Assembly: GCF_000253055.1 (NCBI RefSeq)
Contig: NC_016070.1
Span: 1 to 32,000, forward strand
Direction: 5' to 3'
Source of the DNA: Thermoproteus tenax Kra 1
GTDB lineage: Archaea > Thermoproteota > Thermoprotei > Thermoproteales > Thermoproteaceae
Length of the DNA: 32,000 nucleotides
Made by a program: the position numbers and the translations under genes. Below, in pieces: positions 1 through 8,959 of the stretch (positions within the stretch are counted from its first letter, which is position 1; every line of letters starts with the position of its first letter). Under the pieces are notes generated by a model that had not been told where the DNA came from, searched no databases, and saw nothing but the letters and a program-made list of their open reading frames with translations.

Positions 1-88
1 TCGGCGTCCTAGACATCGGCAAGGGTGCGCCTAGCCGTAGAGGAGTATGCGGAGAGGCCGTCAAAGGAGGTCGCGGGGCAAGAGACGC

Positions 89-586
89 GTGAAAGTCTGC
101 ATAGCCACTTCGAACAAGGCAAAGATAGAGGGGGTTCTTGGCGCGCTCAAGAGGATCGGTCTCCGAGGAGAGATAGAGACTACTGCGTGGCCTCAAGACG
201 TAGTACCCATGACTTTAGAGGAGACAGTGCAGGGAGCGATCAGAAGAGCGGTGAGCTCTCGGCGGGGCGACTGCCTAGGAGTAGGCGTAGAGGCCGGGTT
301 CTTCACCGCGGCTGGAGTACACTTCGGCGTCCACGTAGCGGCCGTATACGATGGAGCTCTCATAGCCGTCGGCGCCTCGCAAGCCTTTCAGATATCGGAG
401 GAGGAATACTTGGCATTTGACAAGAGAGGGCGCGGAGTCTTGGCAGAGCTGGGGACCGACAGAGAGAAGGGGCTGGTCAGCGCATTGACGAACGGCGCTA
501 TAGTTCGCCGTCAGTTAGTTGAAGAGGCCGTCTACTTCGCGTTAGTTTCATATATGCACCTATCTGGCCTCAAGTGGTCAAGATAA
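89..586 (+). CDS. Inosine/xanthosine triphosphatase-like NTPase (DUF84/YjjX family)
   Basis: N-terminus VKVCIATSNKAKIEGVLGAL and EAGFF...GVHFGVHVAAVYDG match the DUF84 NTPase pattern; GTG at 89 is a better start than the ORF-track start at 47. Confidence 0.8.
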   Translation: MKVCIATSNKAKIEGVLGALKRIGLRGEIETTAWPQDVVPMTLEETVQGAIRRAVSSRRGDCLGVGVEAGFFTAAGVHFGVHVAAVYDGALIAVGASQAFQISEEEYLAFDKRGRGVLAELGTDREKGLVSALTNGAIVRRQLVEEAVYFALVSYMHLSGLKWSR

Positions 587-1524
587 TAGGGCTGGGCCCC
601 TCTGGAGCGGCCCTAGGGTTTCTTTTAGGATCCGCCGAGGTTGAGGAGCGCGTGGGCAGATATTTTAAGGCTTGCGGAGAGGCCGTGCCCGTCGAGACGC
701 CGCTTATCTCCAGAGAGTTCGTAGTAGACAAGGTGCGACGCTATAGGTTCTTCCTAGGCGATCGCTTGTTGGGCGAGGTGTCCTACAGAGAGCCGAGGTG
801 GTACATAATAGAGAAGGGCGCGTGGATAGATTATCTGAGGAGCAGGATAGGGCCTGGGTCAAGCGATGGTGTCGTCGTGGATGCCAGGGGGCCCTATGGG
901 AGCAAAGGGAAGAAGATAGTCGTAGTGATGGCGTATGTGTCCGGCATTAGGCGCGAGGAGGAGACGGCCGACTTTATTTTCCCCCGGAACCACACGGGAT
1001 TCTACTGGATCTTTCCTCACGGCTCGCTCTACAATATAGGCGGAGGCTTTCTGGAGGTAGAGGATCCTACTGCTCTAGTCAGGGAATTTGCAAATAAGTT
1101 GGGCGGTAGAATAATAAATATCAAGGGAGCTCCGCTGACGGTTCTGCCCGAGATAGATCTGGGCTATAACGGACGTTTCAGAGTGGGCGAGTCGGCGGGC
1201 TTGATATATCCTTTGACCGGCGAAGGCATAAGGCCCGGCGTCCTCTCGGCGATCGCTCTCGCCGAGGCTCTGAGGACTAAGAACCCCCTCGAGACCTACA
1301 GAAGGAGAGTAGAACCTATAGTGAAACAGATCGGACTCCAAAAGAGGCTGTTACTCGCGGCGTCTGCCGCCATTAAGAGGGGCGGAAGTATATCGGCAAT
1401 AGCGGACGGGAGCCTACTGCGCGACTACATAGAGGAGAATTTATCGCTCCGCGGGCTCTTCGTGGCCCTGGCTAAGAGACCGGCGGCCGCCGCCAGACTT
1501 TTGTCGGCTTTGTTGAGGAGATAG
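574..1524 (+). CDS. Geranylgeranyl reductase family FAD-dependent oxidoreductase
   Basis: N-terminal dinucleotide-binding GLGPSGAALGF; VVDARGPYG; YNIGGGFLEV; AGLIYPLTGEGIRPGVLSAIALAEAL typical of the family. Confidence 0.8.
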   Translation: MVKIIGLGPSGAALGFLLGSAEVEERVGRYFKACGEAVPVETPLISREFVVDKVRRYRFFLGDRLLGEVSYREPRWYIIEKGAWIDYLRSRIGPGSSDGVVVDARGPYGSKGKKIVVVMAYVSGIRREEETADFIFPRNHTGFYWIFPHGSLYNIGGGFLEVEDPTALVREFANKLGGRIINIKGAPLTVLPEIDLGYNGRFRVGESAGLIYPLTGEGIRPGVLSAIALAEALRTKNPLETYRRRVEPIVKQIGLQKRLLLAASAAIKRGGSISAIADGSLLRDYIEENLSLRGLFVALAKRPAAAARLLSALLRR

Positions 1525-1551
1525 CTTATTAACTTAGGCGTGATTTCTCCT

Positions 1552-1977
1552 ATGTTCAAGAAGATCTTGGTCGCTTACGATGGCTCCAATCATGCCAAAA
1601 AGGCGCTCGATGTCGCGATAGATCTATCGAAAAAATATGGGGCAAAGCTCTATATAATTGAGGTCATCGATACGGCGACTATACTCGGCTTATCCATGGG
1701 GCCGGTCCCCGCCGAGGTCATAGACTCGATAAGAGAGCGCGCCAAGGCCGATCTAAACGATGCAAAGGCGAGGGCTGAGTCGCAGGGAGTTCAGGCCGAA
1801 ACTCTCATGTTGGAGGGCGATCCAGCCGGCACCATAGTGGATCAAGCAGACAAGCTTGGCGTCGACCTCATAGTGACGGGCAGCCGAGGTCTCTCGACAA
1901 TAAAGCGGGTCTTTCTAGGGAGCGTCTCCACGGGCATAGTCACACATGCCAGAAAGCCCGTCTTAGTTGTCAAATGA
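1552..1977 (+). CDS. Universal stress protein UspA family
   Basis: MFKKILVAYDGSNHAKKALDVA...GDPAGTIVDQADKLGVDLIVTGSRGLSTIKRVFLGSVSTGIVTHARKPVLVVK; complete USP ATP-binding motif. Confidence 0.93.
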   Translation: MFKKILVAYDGSNHAKKALDVAIDLSKKYGAKLYIIEVIDTATILGLSMGPVPAEVIDSIRERAKADLNDAKARAESQGVQAETLMLEGDPAGTIVDQADKLGVDLIVTGSRGLSTIKRVFLGSVSTGIVTHARKPVLVVK

Positions 1978-2023
1978 TGAGGAACCGGGCTCCTATAGGT
2001 GAGGAGAAGATAGGCCGCTGAGA
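1972..2023 (+). ncRNA. Candidate archaeal C/D box sRNA
   Basis: C box AUGAUGA (1974-1980), 12-nt guide GGAACCGGGCUC, degenerate D' CUAU (1993-1996), 3-nt spacer, C' UGAGGA (2000-2005), 12-nt guide GAAGAUAGGCCG, D box CUGA (2018-2021). Confidence 0.6.
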
Positions 2024-2086
2024 CCTCCTCGACCTACAGCGAGAGTCTCGGCGACCACAACTATTTTTACTGGCCTCGGCTAAGCC

Positions 2087-2875
2087 ATGGAGTTTATAAA
2101 ACGATATATACAAGGCCAACACATTATAACCACATATGTTCTCCACATCGGCGACATCAAGGTGGCGGTAGATCCGGGTCCCCCCAATTCTTTCACACAC
2201 ACCGACGCCGATATAATAATATGTACTCACATACACAACGACCACTGCGGCGCGGCGGGCCACACAAAGAGGCCAGTCTACGTCCACGAGAGATACGTAA
2301 GACACTTAGTCGATCCATCGAGACTCTGGCAGGCCACGAGGGAGACCTTGGGTCCCATCGCCGATCTTTTCGGCCAGCCCGTAGGAGCTACTGAGGTGAG
2401 ACCTCTGAGGGATGGCGAAAGGCTCTTCGACGCAATCGATGTCTACTTCACGCCGGGCCATGCGCCTCACCACGTCATGTTCTACTATAGAGATGGTGGC
2501 ATTCTCTTCGTGGGAGATGGGGCGGGGGTATACGTGCCCGAAATAGACGCCATATTCCCCACCACGCCTGCGCCGTTTAAGTACGAGGAATACCTGCGCT
2601 CTCTCAACAGAGTCTCCTCAATAGGCGCCCAGAGCCTCTGCTTCCCCCACTTCACGTGCACTGAGAACGTGGACCTGATCAGGCGCCACATGGAGCAAAT
2701 CTCGTTATGGCGCGAAATCGCCAGGGAGGTGGCCGAGGAGGGGGGCAACGTCGACGAACTCGCAAGGCGTCTAGTGCGCGAGGACGAGAACGCGGCCAAG
2801 GTGGCCGAGAGAGGCGGGCTCTTGTTCGACTTCTTTTTGCGTCAGACCCTCGTGGGCTTGCTACAAACAGCCTAG
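2087..2875 (+). CDS. MBL-fold metallo-hydrolase
   Basis: HIHNDHCG (HxHxDH), HAPHHVMFY, FVGDGAG motifs. Confidence 0.88.
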   Translation: MEFIKRYIQGQHIITTYVLHIGDIKVAVDPGPPNSFTHTDADIIICTHIHNDHCGAAGHTKRPVYVHERYVRHLVDPSRLWQATRETLGPIADLFGQPVGATEVRPLRDGERLFDAIDVYFTPGHAPHHVMFYYRDGGILFVGDGAGVYVPEIDAIFPTTPAPFKYEEYLRSLNRVSSIGAQSLCFPHFTCTENVDLIRRHMEQISLWREIAREVAEEGGNVDELARRLVREDENAAKVAERGGLLFDFFLRQTLVGLLQTA

Positions 2876-4110
2876 GCTTCTTCGTATTTTGAAGCTATTG
2901 ACAACAGTCTCTCTTCGTCCGATGAGACGAGTTGGACTCCCACGGGCAGATGGGGCGCGGGAGCCGGCACAGATATGGCCGGCAGTCCCGCCAGATTGAA
3001 GAGCTCCGTATAAGCCAACAGCTTGGGCCTTATAGCTATTGTATTCGCCTCCTCGACAGGCGGCGCAGCTATCGCCGTAGTCGGCGTGACTAATACGTCG
3101 TACCTCTTCAGGAGGCTGTTGAAGTAAGACTTCGCCTCCCTCTGTATCTCCAGAGCTCTGAGGTAGGCAACGGCGGGCAGAGATGCCCCAACCTTCAGAA
3201 GAGTGGCCACGTCGCGCCCCATCTCAGGCTCGTGCCTCCTGAGGTAGCCCCAGTTGACGGACGCCGCCTCGGCGAGGAGGATCGCCGCCCGAGCATAGGA
3301 GAACTTCCTGGCGTTCACCTCAACCTCCCACCTCTCCCCGCCGGCTGACTCAAGCTTTGCCACGGCCCGCCAGAATGCCTTCTCGACATATTCATCTGGC
3401 TCTGCTATGCCCTTCAATATACCGAAGCGGAAGCGGGGCGGCGGCTCGGCCCTCAATCCCCTCAACACGCTCATAAGGTAGACCAAGTCTTTCACCGTGG
3501 ATGTGAAAAAGCCCAGGTGATCTAGGGAGGGAGCCAGAGGTCTCACGCCCTCTAGGCTTAGGGCGCCGTACGGCGGCTTGTATCCCACAACTCCACAGAG
3601 CGATGCCGGGATTCTGACTGAACCGCCGGTGTCGGTGCCCAACGCTATGTGGGCTATGCCCAAGGCCACCGCTCCGGCTGAGCCGCCCGAGGATCCGCCC
3701 GTGATTCTAGAGGGATCTCTGGGGTTAAGCGTTGGGCCAAAGTGTGGATTAACGTTGGTGGCCCCCAGAGCCAGCTCGTGCATGTTTGTCTTCCCCAACA
3801 CCAAGGCTCCCTCCTCCTCTAGCGCCGTGACTATGGGGGCCGTCAGCTCGGGCACCTCTCTGGCGTAGGGCGCCCCATTGGTTGTGGGCAGCCCGGCCAC
3901 GTCTATGTTGTCTTTAACCGCGACCACTACGCCGAGGAGGCGGCGTCCACTTCTGAGGAGTGAGGCGCGCTCGGCCCTCTTGGGCAGATCTCTGTCCAAC
4001 GCCAGGAAGTAGTTGTACTTTTGGCCCTCGGCCCTCTTTAGACTCTCCAGAGCGGTTCTGACGACATAGTCGGGGTCAGCTCTAGCTTTATCTACGATCT
4101 CTTTTATCAT
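2872..4110 (-). CDS. Amidase (amidase-signature family)
   Basis: VAVKDNIDVAGLPTTNG, GGSSGGSAGAVALG, TDTGGSVRIPASLCGVVGYKPPYG: Ser-cisSer-Lys amidase signature. Confidence 0.92.
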   Translation of the reverse strand: MIKEIVDKARADPDYVVRTALESLKRAEGQKYNYFLALDRDLPKRAERASLLRSGRRLLGVVVAVKDNIDVAGLPTTNGAPYAREVPELTAPIVTALEEEGALVLGKTNMHELALGATNVNPHFGPTLNPRDPSRITGGSSGGSAGAVALGIAHIALGTDTGGSVRIPASLCGVVGYKPPYGALSLEGVRPLAPSLDHLGFFTSTVKDLVYLMSVLRGLRAEPPPRFRFGILKGIAEPDEYVEKAFWRAVAKLESAGGERWEVEVNARKFSYARAAILLAEAASVNWGYLRRHEPEMGRDVATLLKVGASLPAVAYLRALEIQREAKSYFNSLLKRYDVLVTPTTAIAAPPVEEANTIAIRPKLLAYTELFNLAGLPAISVPAPAPHLPVGVQLVSSDEERLLSIASKYEEA

Positions 4111-4137
4111 ATGAGGCCGAGGCCCCTCAATATACTC

Positions 4138-4794
4138 TCAACTTGTCTCTCCACTTCCTCCGTAGCCTCCCCTGCCCCCAACTCCCTCAGAAGCTCCTTG
4201 ACGTACTTCATTGAGCTTATGGCAAGTAGACGCATAAAACAATTTCTCGGAGATCCAGTTGGCTTGGTTCGAGATGTAGTCCACCTTTTTGCGGAGCTCG
4301 AAGTCCCTCGGCTCTAAGCTCAACATATCTATATACAGCCTCTCTACTGCCTCCTTTAGCCTCCTGGCGAGGTCGAGGTTGCCCCTCACTAGTTCCTCGT
4401 TTGTCTTTCTGCCGAGCTCCCCCGCTATATCGGCAACGCCCATCAGATAGGTCATCACGTCTACGCCGAGCTCCTCCAAGGTGGGCAGTCTTCCCTCACG
4501 CAGATAGGTCCACAGAGAGACCGCCTCCACGTATTCCTGCAGACCTTGGGCGCCGCTGTTGTAGAACATGGGATATCTTGATACAAGCGACCTCAGCTCT
4601 GTTGCGGCCGCCTCCATATCTTTCAGGTGTCTCTGGGCCGCCTCCATGTCGTTGCGTATGAGCGAATATATCACCGATTTGCTGAGCCTGGTTACTCTGA
4701 TAGAGGTCTGTATAACTCTCTCTCGCGCGTCCTCGTAGCTCCTCAACTCGTTATAAAGCCTCTCCACATCGAGCATGCCCAGGACGCACCTCAA
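4138..4794 (-). CDS. Translin family protein (archaeal)
   Basis: All-helical protein; SIRVTRLSKSVIYSLIRNDMEAAQRHLKDMEAA, QEYVEA, GVADIAGELGRKTNEELVRGNLDLARRL resembles archaeal translin/TRAX homologues; internal start at 4776 possible. Confidence 0.7.
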   Translation of the reverse strand: MRCVLGMLDVERLYNELRSYEDARERVIQTSIRVTRLSKSVIYSLIRNDMEAAQRHLKDMEAAATELRSLVSRYPMFYNSGAQGLQEYVEAVSLWTYLREGRLPTLEELGVDVMTYLMGVADIAGELGRKTNEELVRGNLDLARRLKEAVERLYIDMLSLEPRDFELRKKVDYISNQANWISEKLFYASTCHKLNEVRQGASEGVGGRGGYGGSGETS

Positions 4795-4797
4795 GCC

Positions 4798-6114
4798 TTA
4801 TATCTGTTCTGCGCCAGCTCCACTCGTCCTCTGTCTTCTCAGCGCTGTGAAGTACAATAGATACCCCAGGGCGAGCCACAGGCCGAGGAACCACAGATAG
4901 GGCCACTTCTCTGCGAATGTAAACACTAGGCCCGTCGCAGTGAACGCCATGGCCAGGATAGAGGTCAGCGGGAGGCCCTTGATCCGCGGCGATCTAAATG
5001 CGCTGTAGAAGATGCCGCGCCTAGTCACTAGGCCCAACGAGAGAGCTATCATGAAGTAGTTTATGAGAGAGCCCACAGCATAGATATCGACAAGAAGCTG
5101 GATCTCGCCCGGCAGAAGGAACAATATAGAGACGATGTACGTCATGGTCAATCCGACGTAGGGAGTCCTGAAACGTTTGTGCACTCGGGAGAAGAGGGGC
5201 GGCAGTAGCTTTTCCTCGGCCAGAATATAGACCAGGCGGGCGAAGGCCACGTAGCCAGTAACGGCAGCCATGAGCATTATGAGCACGACCACGAGGAACA
5301 CTGGCGTCACAAGCCACCACGCCGTCTTGCGCGCTAGGTCTAACATAACCAGGGCCGGATCGCCTATCTCGGAGGGCGCTAGCGCGCTCATAATCGCCGA
5401 ACTGAGCAAGGTGCCGTATGAGGTGCCCACTATGGCGGCGATCATCGCGGCCCTGGGTATCTGTATGAGCGGCGCAGTGGCCTCGCCGGCCAGCTGGCCT
5501 ATGGCGTCAATGCCAGTGTATCCTCTCGACGCCAGAGATAGGGCATACAACAAGTTGCTTGCACTGACATTTCCCCATCTAAAAAAGGGTGGAGGTGAGC
5601 CGAACTTGATGAACGCCAGAGTCAACAGCGTTGATAAAACTGCGAACTCCAATAGAAATACTGAGAGGCCCACTCTGGAGGACTCTCTAATCCCTATTAG
5701 AGTGAGGACATACAACGCAGTAGACATGGCGATGGCCACAGCTTGAGGGGGCAGATTTAGCCCAAAATACGACAGAATATACTTTGTGGCGTCCAAAGTG
5801 CCGTAGCCTACCATTATTACCTGGTCTATAGACAGCAACCACACGGCTGTGAACGCGCTCAAGCTGCCCAGGCCTACCTTCACGTGAAGGTAGGAGCCTC
5901 CGGTCTCGGGAAACCTAGAGCCCATCTCGCCGTAGGCCAAGGCCACTGATGCCAACAAAGCCGCACTGTAGAGCACCACAAGGAAGCCGTATTGGCCCGC
6001 CGAAAGTAGTATATACCCAGCCATTAGATAAAAAGTGGACTGAGAGTCGTGGTGGACCAGTGCGTAGATGTCCCAAGTGTTGAGCCTACGTCTAAGCCAT
6101 CCACGTGCGGCCAC
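4798..6114 (-). CDS. APC family amino acid permease
   Basis: About 12 TM segments; ALAYGEMGSRFPETGGSYLHVKVGLG typical of APC transporters. Confidence 0.88.
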   Translation of the reverse strand: MAARGWLRRRLNTWDIYALVHHDSQSTFYLMAGYILLSAGQYGFLVVLYSAALLASVALAYGEMGSRFPETGGSYLHVKVGLGSLSAFTAVWLLSIDQVIMVGYGTLDATKYILSYFGLNLPPQAVAIAMSTALYVLTLIGIRESSRVGLSVFLLEFAVLSTLLTLAFIKFGSPPPFFRWGNVSASNLLYALSLASRGYTGIDAIGQLAGEATAPLIQIPRAAMIAAIVGTSYGTLLSSAIMSALAPSEIGDPALVMLDLARKTAWWLVTPVFLVVVLIMLMAAVTGYVAFARLVYILAEEKLLPPLFSRVHKRFRTPYVGLTMTYIVSILFLLPGEIQLLVDIYAVGSLINYFMIALSLGLVTRRGIFYSAFRSPRIKGLPLTSILAMAFTATGLVFTFAEKWPYLWFLGLWLALGYLLYFTALRRQRTSGAGAEQI

Positions 6115-6205
6115 GATTATTATACTGTTTTAAAATCAATAAAAGGCGGCTGGGCCGGTCCTGCGCCTCAGCTCTGGGCAGGCTCGGAGCTCCGGGCAGG
6201 ACGCG

Positions 6206-6568
6206 TCACCAATATTGTGGATACTTAAGAACTACGACGAACGGCAACGGGACCCACTCAAACTGATATTTTTTAGCCAACTCATCCAACCCTCTGATTT
6301 GAATCTTTTCGGCGACCTCTCTGCCCTTCTGAGTTACGACGTATTTTACCTCCCCTCCCTCTATCTCTTGGTATACGGCGAGGTACCCCTTGTTGACTAA
6401 TCCGTCAATTACGGGGGCCAGCTGCGGCATCGTCAGCTTTCTGCCGGGTTGCGGTACCTCGGACATCTTCAGCTCCTCTCTGAGCAGAATCAAGGCGGCC
6501 ACGATCGACCTAGCGTCAAGCATGCCGAACTTGGACACAAGAGCTAGGACTATTTCGTCTAAGCTCAT
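6206..6568 (-). CDS. Winged-helix (PadR/MarR-like) protein
   Basis: MPQLAPVIDGLVNKGYLAVYQEIEGGEVKYVVTQKGREVAEKI resembles a wHTH wing/recognition pattern; ATG overlaps the stop of the upstream ORF. Confidence 0.55.
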   Translation of the reverse strand: MSLDEIVLALVSKFGMLDARSIVAALILLREELKMSEVPQPGRKLTMPQLAPVIDGLVNKGYLAVYQEIEGGEVKYVVTQKGREVAEKIQIRGLDELAKKYQFEWVPLPFVVVLKYPQYW

Positions 6569-7426
6569 AGCAATATCAGCGGCATCAACATCGCTAACGG
6601 AAGCGGCAGCGCAGGCGCGTAGCCGTACCGCTTTAGTAGCAACTTCACAGTGAGGAGAAAGCCTATGTATATTAAGATTAGGCCGAGGAGTACAAGGGAC
6701 AGGTCAACTAAGGCGCCGTAGGGGGAGTACTTTACGCCTATATACGTCAACGCCATAGTGTATGCAAAGAAATCGCCGGAGCCGACCGAGACATCGCCCA
6801 CGTGAGCCATTAGGCCCAACAGAGGGACTTCCTTGGGCCGCTCGCCGGACGGCGTCGGAGGCGCCTCGGCTTTGGCCTTCCTGATCAAACGGCCCAGGAG
6901 GCCCCCAGTATACCATGACCGCATCGTAGATCGGTAAAGCCGCGAGCAGAGCGAGAACCGTCAGTGGCGGCAGAATCCACACCATCATAGTTCCTGCCAG
7001 CGAGCTTAAGAGGGCTACCATCCAATCCGACCGCCCCTTAAACAGGGCGTATAGGACTAGGGGGATGGAGACTATCGGCGAATAGAAGAGCGCCTCGGCC
7101 CCCCAATCCGGCAACAGTCCGCTGTAATAGTACTTAATTGCGTAGGCCCAAGCCACGCCCCAAACTATCATCGCCCACGCAAAAGCGATAAATAATTTAA
7201 ATAATTTTTTAAAGTGAAATAGTAAATAAATAAATATTGTAGCAATAACTATTAATATAATAAATAAACTTAAATTATATAGCGTTGATGATATATTGTT
7301 CGAGTACGCGTACGGCGCGGAGGGAAGTACTTGCTGGCCCGCCTGGGAGGGGGCAACCAGATATGGGAGAGTTCCCAGTATAGCAGCTATGAAGAGCAAC
7401 GCCGCGAAGGCCGCGTGCGACCTCAC
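6565..7426 (-). pseudogene. Presenilin/signal peptide peptidase-like intramembrane aspartyl protease (A22-like), split into ORFs 6704..7426 and 6565..6924 by an apparent +1 frameshift
   Basis: Upstream ORF has several TMs ending in ALPIYDAVMVY (YD motif); downstream frame continues GRLIRKAKA...GDVSVGSGDFFAYTMAL (GxGD) and YAPALPLPLAM (PALP). Frames meet at a 5-G run (plus-strand C5 at 6902-6906); could be an indel, sequencing error or recoding. Confidence 0.75.
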
Positions 7427-7457
7427 GCTCTACATTTCATGCGTTCTATAAAACATT

Positions 7458-8525
7458 CTACGGTATGACCTCAGTGGAGTCGAGAGTCGGCTCGTAGTTG
7501 AGGTCCTTTTCGCTTATAATGCCCTTGTTGAGAAGAACCTCGAGATCCCCCTTCCTTTCCTTCAAAATCTCTATAGTTCTCTTTGTCACAAGGCAGACTG
7601 CGTCGAAGCCTTCCTCGCCCCAGTACTTCTCATAGTGAGTGTACAGGCAGCGCCCGCCGCAGATGTGTTTATACTCGCATGTGGCGCACTTTGGATTCAA
7701 GCGTAGGTCAAGCTTGCCAGGGCCGCGCTTGACGTGTCCTATTACGGCCCATTTCTCGGAGACGGCGATGGGGCAAGCCAATATCCTTCCGTCAGTATTC
7801 ACGGCGAAGGCGTCTCTGCCAGCCCCGCAGGGCACCCACGTGAATGGCCTTAGAAGTAGGGCTCTGTAGATACCCAGGAAGGGAACTATGCCTAACAGCT
7901 GGCCCTGTCTCGCGCGCTCTATAAATAGGTCCCGCAGCCTGGCGAGGCCGGGGAGATAGCTCTCTTCGGCCCATAACAAGAACTCGCGCGGGCTCCATTC
8001 ATCGGTCCACACAGCGTTCAATTGCCAATGCACTTTGTCGAAGCCAAGCGAGAGGAGGTGGACTACATCGCGGTATATGTCGCTGAGTTTGCTCACGGCC
8101 ATTCTCGCGATAATCTGGCATTTGCACCCAATCTCCCTAAGCCACCTAAGCGCCTTGACTACAGCATCGTAGACGCCCGGCCCTCTGTAGTAGTCGGTGA
8201 CCTCTTTGATGCCGTCTATCGAGAGTAAAACTACATCAAATTTACGCCAATATTCGGGCGGGAGCCTCTTGGCCAATGTGCCGTTGGTCTGTATTCCCCA
8301 CCTCGCGGCGCTTATGGAGTCCATGACGCCCATAATGAACTGTGGATTGAGTAGGGGCTCTCCACCATAAAAGAACACTACCGGCTCAGCGTCTTGAGAC
8401 AGAAGCCTCTTGAGGTCTTCCAGGTCGTACTGGATCCCCCAAGGCGAGTGCCTTGGATCAAACGATCCTCCGCAGTATCTACACCTCAAGTTGCACTGCC
8501 CCGTAGTCAACAAAAACCATAGCAC
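7458..8525 (-). CDS. Radical SAM/SPASM domain protein, putative peptide-modifying enzyme
   Basis: TTGQCNLRCRYCGG radical SAM CxxxCxxC, VVFFYGGEPLLNP, C-terminal CATCEYKHICGGRCLYTHYEKYWGEEGFDAVC SPASM-like Cys cluster; GTG start at 8525 preferred over the ORF-track start at 8624, which overlaps the upstream gene. Confidence 0.85.
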   Translation of the reverse strand: MLWFLLTTGQCNLRCRYCGGSFDPRHSPWGIQYDLEDLKRLLSQDAEPVVFFYGGEPLLNPQFIMGVMDSISAARWGIQTNGTLAKRLPPEYWRKFDVVLLSIDGIKEVTDYYRGPGVYDAVVKALRWLREIGCKCQIIARMAVSKLSDIYRDVVHLLSLGFDKVHWQLNAVWTDEWSPREFLLWAEESYLPGLARLRDLFIERARQGQLLGIVPFLGIYRALLLRPFTWVPCGAGRDAFAVNTDGRILACPIAVSEKWAVIGHVKRGPGKLDLRLNPKCATCEYKHICGGRCLYTHYEKYWGEEGFDAVCLVTKRTIEILKERKGDLEVLLNKGIISEKDLNYEPTLDSTEVIP

Positions 8526-8565
8526 ACAGTTGTGCCGTATTCCATATTTGAAGTCCTCCGGCTCC

Positions 8566-8862
8566 TCAGTTGGCTGAGAGCAGCGCCAGGACTGTGTAGC
8601 CCCAGAACGCGAAGATGCCCACAAGAGGCGTAGCGTTATCTATCCTTCTCACCAGATAGGGCACAAGCGCAAACGCCGCTAAGTTGAACAGAGCCAGAGA
8701 GAGGAACAGCGCGAAGGGGCTGAGGATCGCCCAACGGAAGAACGCCGGCGCCAACACAACTGCGACATCCAAAATCACAGCGATGGTCTGGAGGAGTTTG
8801 ACGCCTGGAATATGCATCATTAAGATACTTAATGTATCATTTAAAAATTTAACTATCAGCAA
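8566..8862 (-). CDS. Small hydrophobic membrane protein (about 3 TM), unknown function
   Basis: 98-aa ORF, three hydrophobic segments, AT-rich TTTAAAAATTTAAC promoter-like sequence nearby, same strand directly upstream of the radical SAM gene. Confidence 0.55.
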   Translation of the reverse strand: MLIVKFLNDTLSILMMHIPGVKLLQTIAVILDVAVVLAPAFFRWAILSPFALFLSLALFNLAAFALVPYLVRRIDNATPLVGIFAFWGYTVLALLSAN

Positions 8863-8959
8863 TATCTTTGTATTATATTGACGTAATTAACGTCCTTGCC
8901 TTCTACCTGCGCCATAGCCCGAGCCGATAATATTTTTACGGCAGTGGGGACAGTCGCCT

